Positions 37,111-45,893 of a stretch of 64,000 nucleotides of DNA are shown here, one piece after another. Position numbers and translations under genes: made by a program. Source of the stretch: a virus (taxonomy: Duplodnaviria; Caudoviricetes); the IMG/VR virus record IMGVR_UViG_3300013800_000006, positions 11,926-75,925 of that record; one strand, written 5' to 3'. A model generated the notes under the pieces. The model was given only the letters and a program-made list of their open reading frames with translations, was not told where the DNA came from and did no database searches. How positions within the stretch are numbered: the stretch's first letter is position 1; each line of letters starts with the position of its first letter.

Positions 37111-37188
37111 AGCCAAGGATGGCGTACCTATAATCGCTTAATCTAAGCGCTTATAGGAGCGTATCGAGTACCCGCTTAGTAGGTACTC
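37111..37188 (+). repeat. Three-hairpin intergenic element, copy 5
   Basis: GCC-AAGGAT-GGC; CCTATAATCGCTTA-ATC-TAAGCGCTTATAGG; GAGTACC-CGCTTAGTA-GGTACTC. Confidence 0.9.
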
Positions 37189-37209
37189 TCATGGTTAGGA
37201 AATAATACT

Positions 37210-37548
37210 ATGAACAATCAATATTATTTGTGTGGTAAAGTCTATTTTGAAGCCATCAAACCGATGTTTAAACAGATGTTGATTTATATCCCAAGTCATT
37301 GGGACGATTTTTGTAACACCTTTTATATCTCTATCCCTGATGATGAACCAACACAAAACTATTTAGAAGGATGGCAAGGATTAAGAGAGGAAATCCTTAC
37401 TAAATTGTTTAGATTGAATATCCTCGTGTACCAGAATGAAATCTATGAAATCTTCCGTAGATTAGGCGAACAATCATTACTTTTAATGTTAATCCATCAA
37501 CACCATGCTTATTGTAAGCAGGTAGGTGACACCATTTTAGAATTATAA
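37210..37548 (+). CDS. Hypothetical protein (cassette 6)
   Basis: 112 aa following copy 5. Confidence 0.6.
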   Translation: MNNQYYLCGKVYFEAIKPMFKQMLIYIPSHWDDFCNTFYISIPDDEPTQNYLEGWQGLREEILTKLFRLNILVYQNEIYEIFRRLGEQSLLLMLIHQHHAYCKQVGDTILEL

Positions 37549-37582
37549 AACTGTATCATTTATGATACTATGATACATAGTA

Positions 37583-37698
37583 GTGACATCGCTTTAAACG
37601 CCCCAAATCGGCGATTTTAGCCACCCATCCCATAACCCACTACCCAACCATGGGTAGTGGGTTTAAATGTCACCACGGCCCGTTTTGGTGGCTTAAAA
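37583..37698 (+). repeat. Second intergenic repeat family, copy A
   Basis: GTGACATCGCTTTAAACGCCCCAAATCGGCGATTTTAGCC...CACCACGGCCCGTTTTGGTGGCTTAAAA, with an internal 13-bp stem AACCCACTACCCA/TGGGTAGTGGGTT. Confidence 0.8.
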
Positions 37699-37798
37699 CG
37701 CAACCGGGATGGGCAACGCACACTCAAAATGTGGCGGCATCCCTCTGCCCCGCGTACAGACCGGAATTTGGGTAAAAACCCGATTCAAATCTCAGTCT

Positions 37799-38107
37799 TT
37801 AATCTCCCAACTTTTTATAATTCAACATCTCATCAGAGTTCCGCCACTTCGCCATAAACTCATCAAAATTCTGGAGCATTTTTGCCAACCAGCCATACAG
37901 AGTCAGATGGAATTGCATTAAATCCACTTGATGCGCTTCCCACACCGGCATCAAATTCGTAACCAACTGACTCACCATCTCCACTTCAGTCCCTTCCAGA
38001 CTAAACACGTATGCATCTTCTTTATAGTCAGTTGGCTGGATCGTCGTAAAACGAATAGAACAGACTCGCCACACATTCACATACACTTTCATAATCTCAC
38101 CTTTCAA
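37799..38107 (-). CDS. Hypothetical protein
   Basis: 102 aa in a minus-strand block. Confidence 0.55.
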   Translation of the reverse strand: MKGEIMKVYVNVWRVCSIRFTTIQPTDYKEDAYVFSLEGTEVEMVSQLVTNLMPVWEAHQVDLMQFHLTLYGWLAKMLQNFDEFMAKWRNSDEMLNYKKLGD

Positions 38108-38543
38108 GAGTATGATTGGAAGCCACCATAAAATAATGGTAATCTCCCGATATTAATCGATTCCAACCACCCAATACCTCCCCAGTTGCAGAGTCCAATA
38201 CTCGTAAGAACTCTAACTCACCCGGAACCAGTCGTATCTCAGTCTTATAACCCCACACTTGATCGAGTTGAGTTCTAAAAGTATGAGAATTAATCCGTAC
38301 ACAACGCCAATACCAAGGGAGATTTACACCCCAAACTCTCTGATCTTCTTCATCAAGAAAGATCGTCGTAACACTAGTCACCACTTCTGGACCCAGGCCG
38401 CATTGTTGAAAAAATAAATTAAGTTCTTCAAACAACAAAGCTGTAGTGGATGAAGTCATAAACTTAGTTCTAATAGCCTCAAACTGAGCAGAATCAACCA
38501 TCTGCTTAATTCGGTCCAATAATCTGACATCCGTTAAATACAT
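38097..38543 (-). CDS. Hypothetical protein
   Basis: Start placed at ATG 38543 behind GAGGT. Confidence 0.55.
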   Translation of the reverse strand: MYLTDVRLLDRIKQMVDSAQFEAIRTKFMTSSTTALLFEELNLFFQQCGLGPEVVTSVTTIFLDEEDQRVWGVNLPWYWRCVRINSHTFRTQLDQVWGYKTEIRLVPGELEFLRVLDSATGEVLGGWNRLISGDYHYFMVASNHTLER

Positions 38544-38636
38544 AACCTCACCTTTCAATAAAAAGCCGGGAAGATTCCCGGCGATCACCCATATTTAACA
38601 TATCAAATCCAAAAGGGTTTACAACTTAATCTTCAC

Positions 38637-38966
38637 TCACAATTGACTGATCTTTCGGATGTAATGGTGAACTTTCTCCACCGAACAAAAGCCACAAACG
38701 GTATCCTCTCCATCTTCCTCATCCCATAAATGAGCCAACATTTGATCTTGACTGTCCATAATGGCAATTTCAAACAAGCCTAGCTCTGCACCATACGTAA
38801 ATGGACCTCGAATGATGCTTAATTGGTAGCCATTCTTAAACACAACTCGTGCTCTAGCACAATAAGAATCACTACAATCTTCCACACGTTCAATCTGATC
38901 TTTGATTTCCGATTCCAAATTAAACTGTGGAACCGACAAGGACGGAGACATCATACGCATTTCCAT
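38637..38966 (-). CDS. Hypothetical phage protein
   Basis: FKNGYQLSIIRGPFTYG...LFEIAI motif, which I recall from other small phage ORFs. Confidence 0.6.
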   Translation of the reverse strand: MEMRMMSPSLSVPQFNLESEIKDQIERVEDCSDSYCARARVVFKNGYQLSIIRGPFTYGAELGLFEIAIMDSQDQMLAHLWDEEDGEDTVCGFCSVEKVHHYIRKISQL

Positions 38967-38991
38967 AACACCTCACTGAACAGGGTTGAGT

Positions 38992-39435
38992 TTACTGGTC
39001 ATTGACTTCATCTAACCAAGATAATTCATTCGGATCAGATACCTCATCCACAACCCCACGAGCAATAAAAACATGCTGAAATTCTGATGATGCTGCATTG
39101 AGATACCGTAAAGATATTGAAACATCAGGATGCTTTTCAGATAACATCCGAAACAGTGGAATCGGTGGAAACTCTACGGACTGAAATGAAATACTGTGCT
39201 CAATGGGTCTCATCCAAACGTCATAAGACTTATTAAACTCAGTCAAATCCCACAACGTCCCCCAATTCTCAAGTCTCCACTCTGCCCAATCATCCGATGG
39301 TAGATCGGGTGGAAGTGGACAGCTTTTAACTGCTGAGATGAGATACCGTTGACTTCGACATACAGCCCCCTTGAACGCTTGAATCGCCTCTACAGGCCCT
39401 AACACAACCAAATCATTGTAACACCAACTTGACAT
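38992..39435 (-). CDS. YubB/DUF1281-like ferredoxin-fold protein
   Basis: MSSWCYN..., WRLENWGTLWD and PPIPLFRMLSEKHPD motifs. Confidence 0.6.
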   Translation of the reverse strand: MSSWCYNDLVVLGPVEAIQAFKGAVCRSQRYLISAVKSCPLPPDLPSDDWAEWRLENWGTLWDLTEFNKSYDVWMRPIEHSISFQSVEFPPIPLFRMLSEKHPDVSISLRYLNAASSEFQHVFIARGVVDEVSDPNELSWLDEVNDQ

Positions 39436-39613
39436 GATCCATCCTCATCATCGCGTTGACATGAATACAGTATAGCAAACTCATCAGAGTTTGCAACATA
39501 ACCTTTTGATTTTAAAGATGTATTTGTAAAATCTACTATATTGCACTATACTGATTTCATTAACCCATACGTGCATTGATGTGTAGTCCTTAGAAACACT
39601 CAACCACAAGGAA

Positions 39614-40039
39614 ATGCCCATGCAGACTTTATTCCACTTCAATCCTGAGATCCACCTTTTCACACTGGATACTGAAACTGGGGTTCTGACTATCCCGCCC
39701 CATGAAATCACCGACCCATTTCTCGCATTACTACTATTTGCTGATCCAAAATTCCGTTCCCCTTACCAATTCTGGTATGAAAGTCAGGGATTAGTCGGAC
39801 AAGAAGGCTCACAAATTAATCTGGCAATCATCAAACCTTTTAAAACCAGAAGTAAACAGTATAATTTAGGTGAGGTGATCTCCGCAACGCTGGGCGAATT
39901 ACTCCGACTCCCGTGCGGAAATATGCACTTTACTGGATTTTATCTACCCACCCTGTACTTCGTGGACACTCCTACCGAAGCCGTGACTCATTTTACGTTA
40001 GCCGAATACAATACAAATGAGTTTCAACAAATCTGTTGA
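39614..40039 (+). CDS. Hypothetical protein
   Basis: 141 aa, SD AAGGA. Confidence 0.5.
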   Translation: MPMQTLFHFNPEIHLFTLDTETGVLTIPPHEITDPFLALLLFADPKFRSPYQFWYESQGLVGQEGSQINLAIIKPFKTRSKQYNLGEVISATLGELLRLPCGNMHFTGFYLPTLYFVDTPTEAVTHFTLAEYNTNEFQQIC

Positions 40040-40071
40040 CAAGCTCCAATAAAGGGATTATAATCCATATA

Positions 40072-40100
40072 CCCGCTGGCGGGGGTTTCTCGCCAGCGGG
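40072..40100. terminator. Hairpin between convergent genes
   Basis: CCCGCTGGCG...CGCCAGCGGG, 10-bp GC-rich stem. Confidence 0.55.
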
Positions 40101-40107
40101 ATTCCGT

Positions 40108-40371
40108 TCAAGTCACTGGGTAACTCAGCATGGACGGAAATTCACAATGCCAAACCCAACCCTCTTTTTGATGTTCCAAAGCATGAATCTGAATAAAACC
40201 CCCTCCCTCCGATAACAAGTCATTCACTCGAACAATCATACGGGTAATGGATTGGACTTCACCATCCAACATTCTTAAAAACTGCTCACAGGTCCCTGTT
40301 GGATACCACTGATTAATTTCATTTAACAATTGCTCTTGAGTCAACACCAAAAGATTTTTGACATCCCACAT
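40108..40371 (-). CDS. Hypothetical protein
   Basis: 87 aa, SD GGAG. Confidence 0.5.
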   Translation of the reverse strand: MWDVKNLLVLTQEQLLNEINQWYPTGTCEQFLRMLDGEVQSITRMIVRVNDLLSEGGGFIQIHALEHQKEGWVWHCEFPSMLSYPVT

Positions 40372-40391
40372 AAATACTCCAAAGATATGTT

Positions 40392-40420
40392 TGTCAACAT
40401 GACCGGACCATTATATACTA
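40392..40420 (+). promoter_or_regulatory. Sigma70-type promoter
   Basis: TTGTCA-17 nt-TATACT upstream of 40451. Confidence 0.6.
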
Positions 40421-40450
40421 TATAAACATGCTCAACAACGGAAACCCATT

Positions 40451-40900
40451 ATGCAAATTGCCTGTCATTTCTTTTCAGCAACACTAAACCTGTACATGGA
40501 TATAACCGGAACCACGACCCAAATCCGAATCAATCCAACTTGTCATTATCGACTGGGAAATAGAATTTTACTACTACCTACATGTAACTCTTTAAGTCCT
40601 TGGCAATTACAATACAAACCAGAGGATCTCATTATTACATTAACCAATGGAAATACTTTCTTTGGATCTTTAAACTATCAATATCAATTCGACTTTTGGT
40701 TGGATTGTATCCAACGACAACAAAAAATTGATGTTTTTGTGGCAACCCATACCAATACAGAATGGGAAATCATCAGTATTAAAATACCCTCTGAAGAATT
40801 AATACCGGATTCTAATATTAATATCAATAATTTGCCAGTAATAGGAAAAAGTTCTTCATACGAAATAACCCAATACACTCCATTTTCTAGGAAAATCTAA
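40451..40900 (+). CDS. Hypothetical protein
   Basis: 149 aa following a promoter. Confidence 0.5.
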   Translation: MQIACHFFSATLNLYMDITGTTTQIRINPTCHYRLGNRILLLPTCNSLSPWQLQYKPEDLIITLTNGNTFFGSLNYQYQFDFWLDCIQRQQKIDVFVATHTNTEWEIISIKIPSEELIPDSNININNLPVIGKSSSYEITQYTPFSRKI

Positions 40901-41214
40901 TGATACTATCCAATCAACGACGCCGAGGAACAAGCTATTTACCCGCTTCTTGGGTCAGTTTACATCAAGATTGGATCAAACGAGTCATCAAAGCACTAGA
41001 TGGTGTCATTGTTAAAGCCGAGCTGAATGAAGTGTCTTTAGAATACACTGCAATTTCACCTCATTTTTCGGAACAACCGGACCTTTTTGAACCCACTTCA
41101 CGCCACTCCTTTTGTATTATGCTCCGGTATACTACGTTTTATTTGGCCCCAACCCAATCAAATTTGTATTCAAGCATAAAATTCCAAAACCCAACAGCTC
41201 CAAAAACTTACTGA
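40900..41214 (+). CDS. Hypothetical protein
   Basis: 104 aa; RRxG...LEYTAISPHF motif shared with 58535..58894. Confidence 0.5.
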   Translation: MILSNQRRRGTSYLPASWVSLHQDWIKRVIKALDGVIVKAELNEVSLEYTAISPHFSEQPDLFEPTSRHSFCIMLRYTTFYLAPTQSNLYSSIKFQNPTAPKTY

Positions 41215-41225
41215 GGATTCTCCAC

Positions 41226-41660
41226 ATGACGACCCAATCTACAGAATCATCTAATTTAGACACCATCATCAACATCAGCCCAAAATGTGCCGATACCATT
41301 AAAACGGCATGGCAAAACGAGATAGATGTCGATGGTCCTGACACCCATTATGAACGAGGTCATAGAATCTGGCAAACTCAAGACTGTTATGCCAAACTGT
41401 ATTTCGGTACGAATCATTGGTATCTACGATATGTCGGACCTATCAATCGCATCGATAGCATCCCCCATATCGAATTAATCGCCGAAGCAAATCCACAAAT
41501 GGATGGACTCACACTAGAAGCATTAACCCCATCGTTATTTCATGAATGTTTAATTAAAGTCACTGTACCCGGCAGTACAGTGGGCTATGAGCAATTTTTC
41601 AAAGCTAATCTAATTAAGATTCATTTGAACTATGAATCTAATGTAGATGAGTTGCTATAA
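41226..41660 (+). CDS. Hypothetical protein
   Basis: Start placed at ATG 41226 behind GAGGA. Confidence 0.55.
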   Translation: MTTQSTESSNLDTIINISPKCADTIKTAWQNEIDVDGPDTHYERGHRIWQTQDCYAKLYFGTNHWYLRYVGPINRIDSIPHIELIAEANPQMDGLTLEALTPSLFHECLIKVTVPGSTVGYEQFFKANLIKIHLNYESNVDELL

Positions 41661-42175
41661 TGACCCTAACCGAATCCAAAGGCATTGCAATGTATCCTAC
41701 AATTCTTTCTCAACTCATCTCGTATCAACACTCCGATATTCAATGGATTTCAATCAAATTCCATATATCTAAAAACTGCCATAATACATTGCTTGCGCGT
41801 TTGACAAACAAAGAACCTTTATTAAAAGATCTACCAACAACTTACATTCATTTAGAACGAACACATGATGATTGCTTTCTGCTTCTACACACCACTCAAT
41901 TAACCACACAATCTATACCAGAAGTCACAATCTGTTTTGATGACCAAGGAATCTACTTTTCAATCTCACATCCACTTGAAGGTCATGAATACTTCCAAGT
42001 GTATTTACAGACTATTTATATTCATTATGAAGATCGAGTGGCTGAAGAACCAAAACCTCCCCCCTCCAAAGACTGTAACAACTCAAACAACTCTGTGTAC
42101 GCATTAGTACACAATCTCATCAATCGACTTAAAGCCACTCCATTCGCCAAACTCTGTCAAAAACTCTTTAATTGA
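41660..42175 (+). CDS. Hypothetical protein
   Basis: 171 aa, stop/start overlap with the previous gene. Confidence 0.55.
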   Translation: MTLTESKGIAMYPTILSQLISYQHSDIQWISIKFHISKNCHNTLLARLTNKEPLLKDLPTTYIHLERTHDDCFLLLHTTQLTTQSIPEVTICFDDQGIYFSISHPLEGHEYFQVYLQTIYIHYEDRVAEEPKPPPSKDCNNSNNSVYALVHNLINRLKATPFAKLCQKLFN

Positions 42176-42198
42176 CCCAAAATCCCCCGGTGATTTTC

Positions 42199-42245
42199 AC
42201 TCCGGCAGATCGATTTCACTCAATATCTGCCGGAGTTTTCGTTTT
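42199..42245 (+). terminator. Putative terminator
   Basis: ACTCCGGCAGAT/ATCTGCCGGAGT 12-bp stem followed by TTTCGTTTTT. Confidence 0.55.
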
Positions 42246-42340
42246 TAACAATGTGACACTTTTACCCCATTTGAAAGATGTTATCGCAATATCTACTCAA
42301 TTTGATATACTAATCACATCATCAAACGGGAGCACAACTC

Positions 42341-42757
42341 ATGGCACGCAAGCGCAAACCCAAAACCCAAGTCAAAGTCTTTTCATATCACCCCATCGGC
42401 ACTCTTTACAGCACGCCATCGGTTTGGGTCAGTGCAGTCACGGATGGAGATGATGTGATGACCATTGAGAGTCCATCTCTCGATTCCGCTTGCTATCCCA
42501 CAGCCCCATGGCGGCATCGGTATACGCAAGAGCAGTTCTTCAACTTTGCCTTTCACAAATCGTGGGCGGTTCGATTAACCCGACCCGAATTGGAACTAGC
42601 TCTTATGGGTCAACTGTATAATCGTTCAGAGTTTGAATGGCCGGAAACATATACTCTCCGCTTCAACTACAAACGGAACCATGCATCAACCCAAAATCTG
42701 AACGATTTGCGTCGGGTTCCGACATACGATTCCATCGGCCACCACATTATCATATAA
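42341..42757 (+). CDS. Hypothetical protein
   Basis: 138 aa, SD GGGAG. Confidence 0.6.
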   Translation: MARKRKPKTQVKVFSYHPIGTLYSTPSVWVSAVTDGDDVMTIESPSLDSACYPTAPWRHRYTQEQFFNFAFHKSWAVRLTRPELELALMGQLYNRSEFEWPETYTLRFNYKRNHASTQNLNDLRRVPTYDSIGHHIII

Positions 42758-42768
42758 GGTATTGTACC

Positions 42769-43038
42769 ATGTACATTGAACACACAGAAACCCAATTCAA
42801 CATCTATGATCTGCCATTTAATCAAACGTGGCCGGTCCTCCATGACTCGCAACTGGGTCAACAAATTATCAAACTACTCAATCAAGAGTGTACAGCCAAA
42901 GAGTTGGAAACCACAATCTTACATCATTACTGTAAAAATTTAACCCCGGAACAGATCATAAAAGGTACTCAACGCATTCGCATCCAAGCTTTTGCTGAAG
43001 GCTTAGCCGCCCGTCAAAATTTTGACGCATCACATTAA
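42769..43038 (+). CDS. Hypothetical protein
   Basis: Start placed at ATG 42769 behind AAGGT. Confidence 0.5.
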   Translation: MYIEHTETQFNIYDLPFNQTWPVLHDSQLGQQIIKLLNQECTAKELETTILHHYCKNLTPEQIIKGTQRIRIQAFAEGLAARQNFDASH

Positions 43039-43085
43039 TCCCATATACTACGTATATGGGATGATCACTACTGGAGATTCAGCAC

Positions 43086-43523
43086 ATGTCCCTCACTTTC
43101 AAGAGTGTTAAAATCAATTTTAAGCTCACCGAAGAAACTCTCAACTTTTGTGCAACGATGTACTGGAACCATGTTCGAGTCGGCACTGTCAAGAACTTTG
43201 GAAAAGGTGCCCATGTTTATGACTGGAAACAATCTCCACAAGCCACTGAAGCTCAAGACTGGTTAATCCACCATCCCGATACATTTCGATTAAAATCTTG
43301 TGATGTGGTAGACTATGATCATGTCATTACCAATCTGGTATTGCAGCATCAACGGAATAAACAACTCAAAACCTGGTGTAAAACTCAAACGGTTTTCCGT
43401 TGTACCGACACACCAAATCACTCTTGGATTAAACTCAACATCCAATATACGAAAGAAATGGATGGTCTTTTAGCTAAAAAGTACCCAAATCTGGTTGAAA
43501 TTGCGAATCATCGCTTTGCTTAA
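43086..43523 (+). CDS. Hypothetical protein
   Basis: 145 aa, SD GGAG. Confidence 0.6.
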   Translation: MSLTFKSVKINFKLTEETLNFCATMYWNHVRVGTVKNFGKGAHVYDWKQSPQATEAQDWLIHHPDTFRLKSCDVVDYDHVITNLVLQHQRNKQLKTWCKTQTVFRCTDTPNHSWIKLNIQYTKEMDGLLAKKYPNLVEIANHRFA

Positions 43524-43560
43524 CGATTGCTTATTGATTCCACCACCCAAGAGGTCTGCT

Positions 43561-43752
43561 ATGCTCACTGATGTACAGCAAGATGAAGTACGAGATGTCA
43601 TGCTTCTCAATCTCAATTCTGTCACCAATGCCACTCAACTTGCAGAGTTGGCAGCGAGTCTACTCGACTTGGAAGACGAATTGGATGATCCTGATTCGGA
43701 ACTTTGGGAATTGGCAGCGGACTACTTTGAAGATTCCCAAAACTCCATTTAA
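43561..43752 (+). CDS. Small acidic protein
   Basis: 63 aa from ATG 43561 (GAGG upstream); DLEDELDDPDSELWELA. Confidence 0.55.
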   Translation: MLTDVQQDEVRDVMLLNLNSVTNATQLAELAASLLDLEDELDDPDSELWELAADYFEDSQNSI

Positions 43753-43769
43753 CCCATCCGTCTCATAAC

Positions 43770-43865
43770 CCCCCAAATCGTCGATTTTAGCCACCCGACC
43801 CACTACCCGCTACCCATGCCGCCCCTTGCCCCATCCATGGCCCAAAACAAGCGTTTTGGGCCATT
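43770..43865 (+). repeat. Second intergenic repeat family, partial copy B
   Basis: CCCCAAATCGTCGATTTTAGCCACCC...ACCCACTACCCGCTACCC, then hairpin ATGGCCCAAAAC-AAGC-GTTTTGGGCCAT. Confidence 0.7.
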
Positions 43866-44439
43866 GTGAGACGGCTTATGGACCCCCATTCACCCACCCA
43901 CCCCTCAAAAAGTCATTTCACCCATGAACTCACCAGAATCAATCCAATCTTTAATCATCTCTCATCCCACCAAAAAGATTTTAATTCCCTTCTCCTTATC
44001 TCTCAAATCTTTTCAACTCTTATGGAAGAACTGGTCCACCCAAGAACCCGATTTCCGAATCATTATCTCACCATCCATGTCTGCAATCTCCGTCCTCGAT
44101 TCTTCTTGGCTCCTCTCATCTCACCAATCCTCACACCTTCTCTACTTCGCCGGACCTTCTTCTCAAATTCTTCTTCCCTCAAAATCTCACCAACTCTTTC
44201 TCTCCCCTACTCTCCATCTTCTCACCCCCTACCTTTCCCTTCCCCTCTCATTATATACTTTATAAACTGTAAAAGCCCTCTCTAAAATCACCAGTCCCCT
44301 TACCGTTATTAGGGTAAAATCTATAAAAATTGGGGGCTATTGGGAGCTATTTAAAGAGTTTATTGTATAATGATGCAGTACATTATATAATATATAAACT
44401 GAATAACACGACAACACGAGAGCATACACAACAATCTTA

Positions 44440-44838
44440 ATGTTGACAATCCACTGCCTTGACCAACGGGAAGCACAGTCCATGACATCGATCTACATCC
44501 ATAATGTTGACAATCCCACCAGGCTCGTCGAATGGAAACAAGATTCCATGGGTGGCGTATACAGTCTCACCACCATCCATACTCCAGAAGCGGACATCCA
44601 CATGTTCTCCACTTCCAAACCCGTCACTCCGGGTACTGAGATAACGGATCTTAAATCTTTTTGGCATGGACATACCATGGAAAGCGGTCACTTTTGGGTA
44701 CTGGTCACTGAAGGGGTACGGCGATTTTACAACTCTATTGACGGGGTGAAGAATGGATTTAAAACATTCGGTGGAGACATTTACGAATTTGACTTTGAAT
44801 CTTCATTTTTGGTGAATATGGAGAACTACGATGGCTAA
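44440..44838 (+). CDS. Hypothetical protein
   Basis: 132 aa after a TTGTAT-17-TATAAT promoter near 44365-44393; the true start may be later. Confidence 0.5.
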   Translation: MLTIHCLDQREAQSMTSIYIHNVDNPTRLVEWKQDSMGGVYSLTTIHTPEADIHMFSTSKPVTPGTEITDLKSFWHGHTMESGHFWVLVTEGVRRFYNSIDGVKNGFKTFGGDIYEFDFESSFLVNMENYDG

Positions 44839-45187
44839 ACGGGTAACATGGGTAGATTCGGTTAAAATCAATCCACTAGTCGATTCCGTATTTAAAAATC
44901 TTCATGGATTTCGTTTGGTGGATGAAGCGTGGATTGCTCAGAACACGGGTACGTATAGTCCGGTACTCATGGATCATCGAACGATTGATGGTCGGAATTG
45001 GACATTATTCTTTTTGCAGGATGGGACTGGTTGGGGGTTATGTCAATCTTATTGGGAGAAGCGGATCCTTTGGTGTGCATTCGGTTGTGATCATGATATG
45101 GTCTTTGTAAAGAACTTAGGCCGGTGCTATAACCAATATCGTTGTTCGAGGTGTGGATATGAAGAATCAATTGACAGTTCCGATTGA
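44831..45187 (+). CDS. Hypothetical protein with C-terminal Zn ribbon
   Basis: GCDH...YRCSRCG. Confidence 0.55.
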   Translation: MAKRVTWVDSVKINPLVDSVFKNLHGFRLVDEAWIAQNTGTYSPVLMDHRTIDGRNWTLFFLQDGTGWGLCQSYWEKRILWCAFGCDHDMVFVKNLGRCYNQYRCSRCGYEESIDSSD

Positions 45188-45617
45188 AAGAGTGGGAACG
45201 GGTTGTTTTAGATTGGTACAAGATATTGCTCATGGGGTTCTTTCGGTATTAAATCTTTGGGAGTTTTCATACTCTTGGAAAATTCCCATCAGTCCCGATA
45301 TGAACGATGATACTCTGGTTAAATGTTTCATCTCAGGATCTCAATTGAGTAGCATTCGATTAGATGGAGGTCGAATTACACTACCGTTGCGTGGTAAAGA
45401 TTTGAGAATTGCTTTGGCGGCATTTCCCTTTCTGGAGAGTTTTCGCTTGAGTCGATTGAAAACTCTTAATGCGCTGCCATTGGATTCAATCTTCGATCGA
45501 GATGTTTTAGATCAGAAGGTCCAATTGGTAGGGAATGGTTTTTCACCCCATTTCCGAACAATTGCTCTCAATCATCGAATGGGTTTTGAGATGAAGATGG
45601 GGATTCTGACTGTTTAA
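45153..45617 (+). CDS. Hypothetical protein
   Basis: 154 aa, overlapping operon. Confidence 0.5.
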   Translation: MDMKNQLTVPIERVGTGCFRLVQDIAHGVLSVLNLWEFSYSWKIPISPDMNDDTLVKCFISGSQLSSIRLDGGRITLPLRGKDLRIALAAFPFLESFRLSRLKTLNALPLDSIFDRDVLDQKVQLVGNGFSPHFRTIALNHRMGFEMKMGILTV

Positions 45618-45626
45618 GATGGGACT

Positions 45627-45893
45627 TTGATGTTGGAATTAGGTCCGTATCATTTGATCGTTCATGAATCAATTGAGATCGGTAGATGGATCAATAGGGA
45701 ATGGGATGTGCTGGTACCCTACTCGGATAATTCTCCACGCGTCTTAGTTTCGGCTGTATGTCATCTCACTTGGCTGGCGATGAAACGTGCTCTATTTTCA
45801 TTTGAGATTGAGCCGGATTGGTGGACATTAGAGTTTGATGAGTTTCAGATGAAATACGGAAAATTCTGTGGTGAGAAGTGGGAAGTACAATGA
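45627..45893 (+). CDS. Hypothetical protein
   Basis: 88 aa. Confidence 0.5.
   Translation: MMLELGPYHLIVHESIEIGRWINREWDVLVPYSDNSPRVLVSAVCHLTWLAMKRALFSFEIEPDWWTLEFDEFQMKYGKFCGEKWEVQ

Noticed and set aside
35027-37188. CRISPR array interpretation of the five repeats
   Set aside because: Units are about 78 bp and are separated by whole genes of about 200-800 bp, not 30-40 bp spacers; no cas genes are visible.
35027-37188. Integron attC sites
   Set aside because: No conserved RYYYAAC/GTTRRRY core sites at the ends and no tyrosine recombinase in the window.
35027-37188. Hammerhead or other known self-cleaving ribozyme
   Set aside because: No CUGANGA/GAAA core or other recognisable catalytic consensus; not excluded without a covariance-model search.
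42172-42453. 93-aa ORF
   Set aside because: It spans a terminator-like hairpin and the promoter/SD of the 42341 gene, and overlaps that gene out of frame.
43866-44285. ORFs 43866..44285 and 43924..44265
   Set aside because: The Ser/Leu/Pro-rich translations follow from the C/T skew and lack convincing ribosome-binding sites; treated as probably non-coding.
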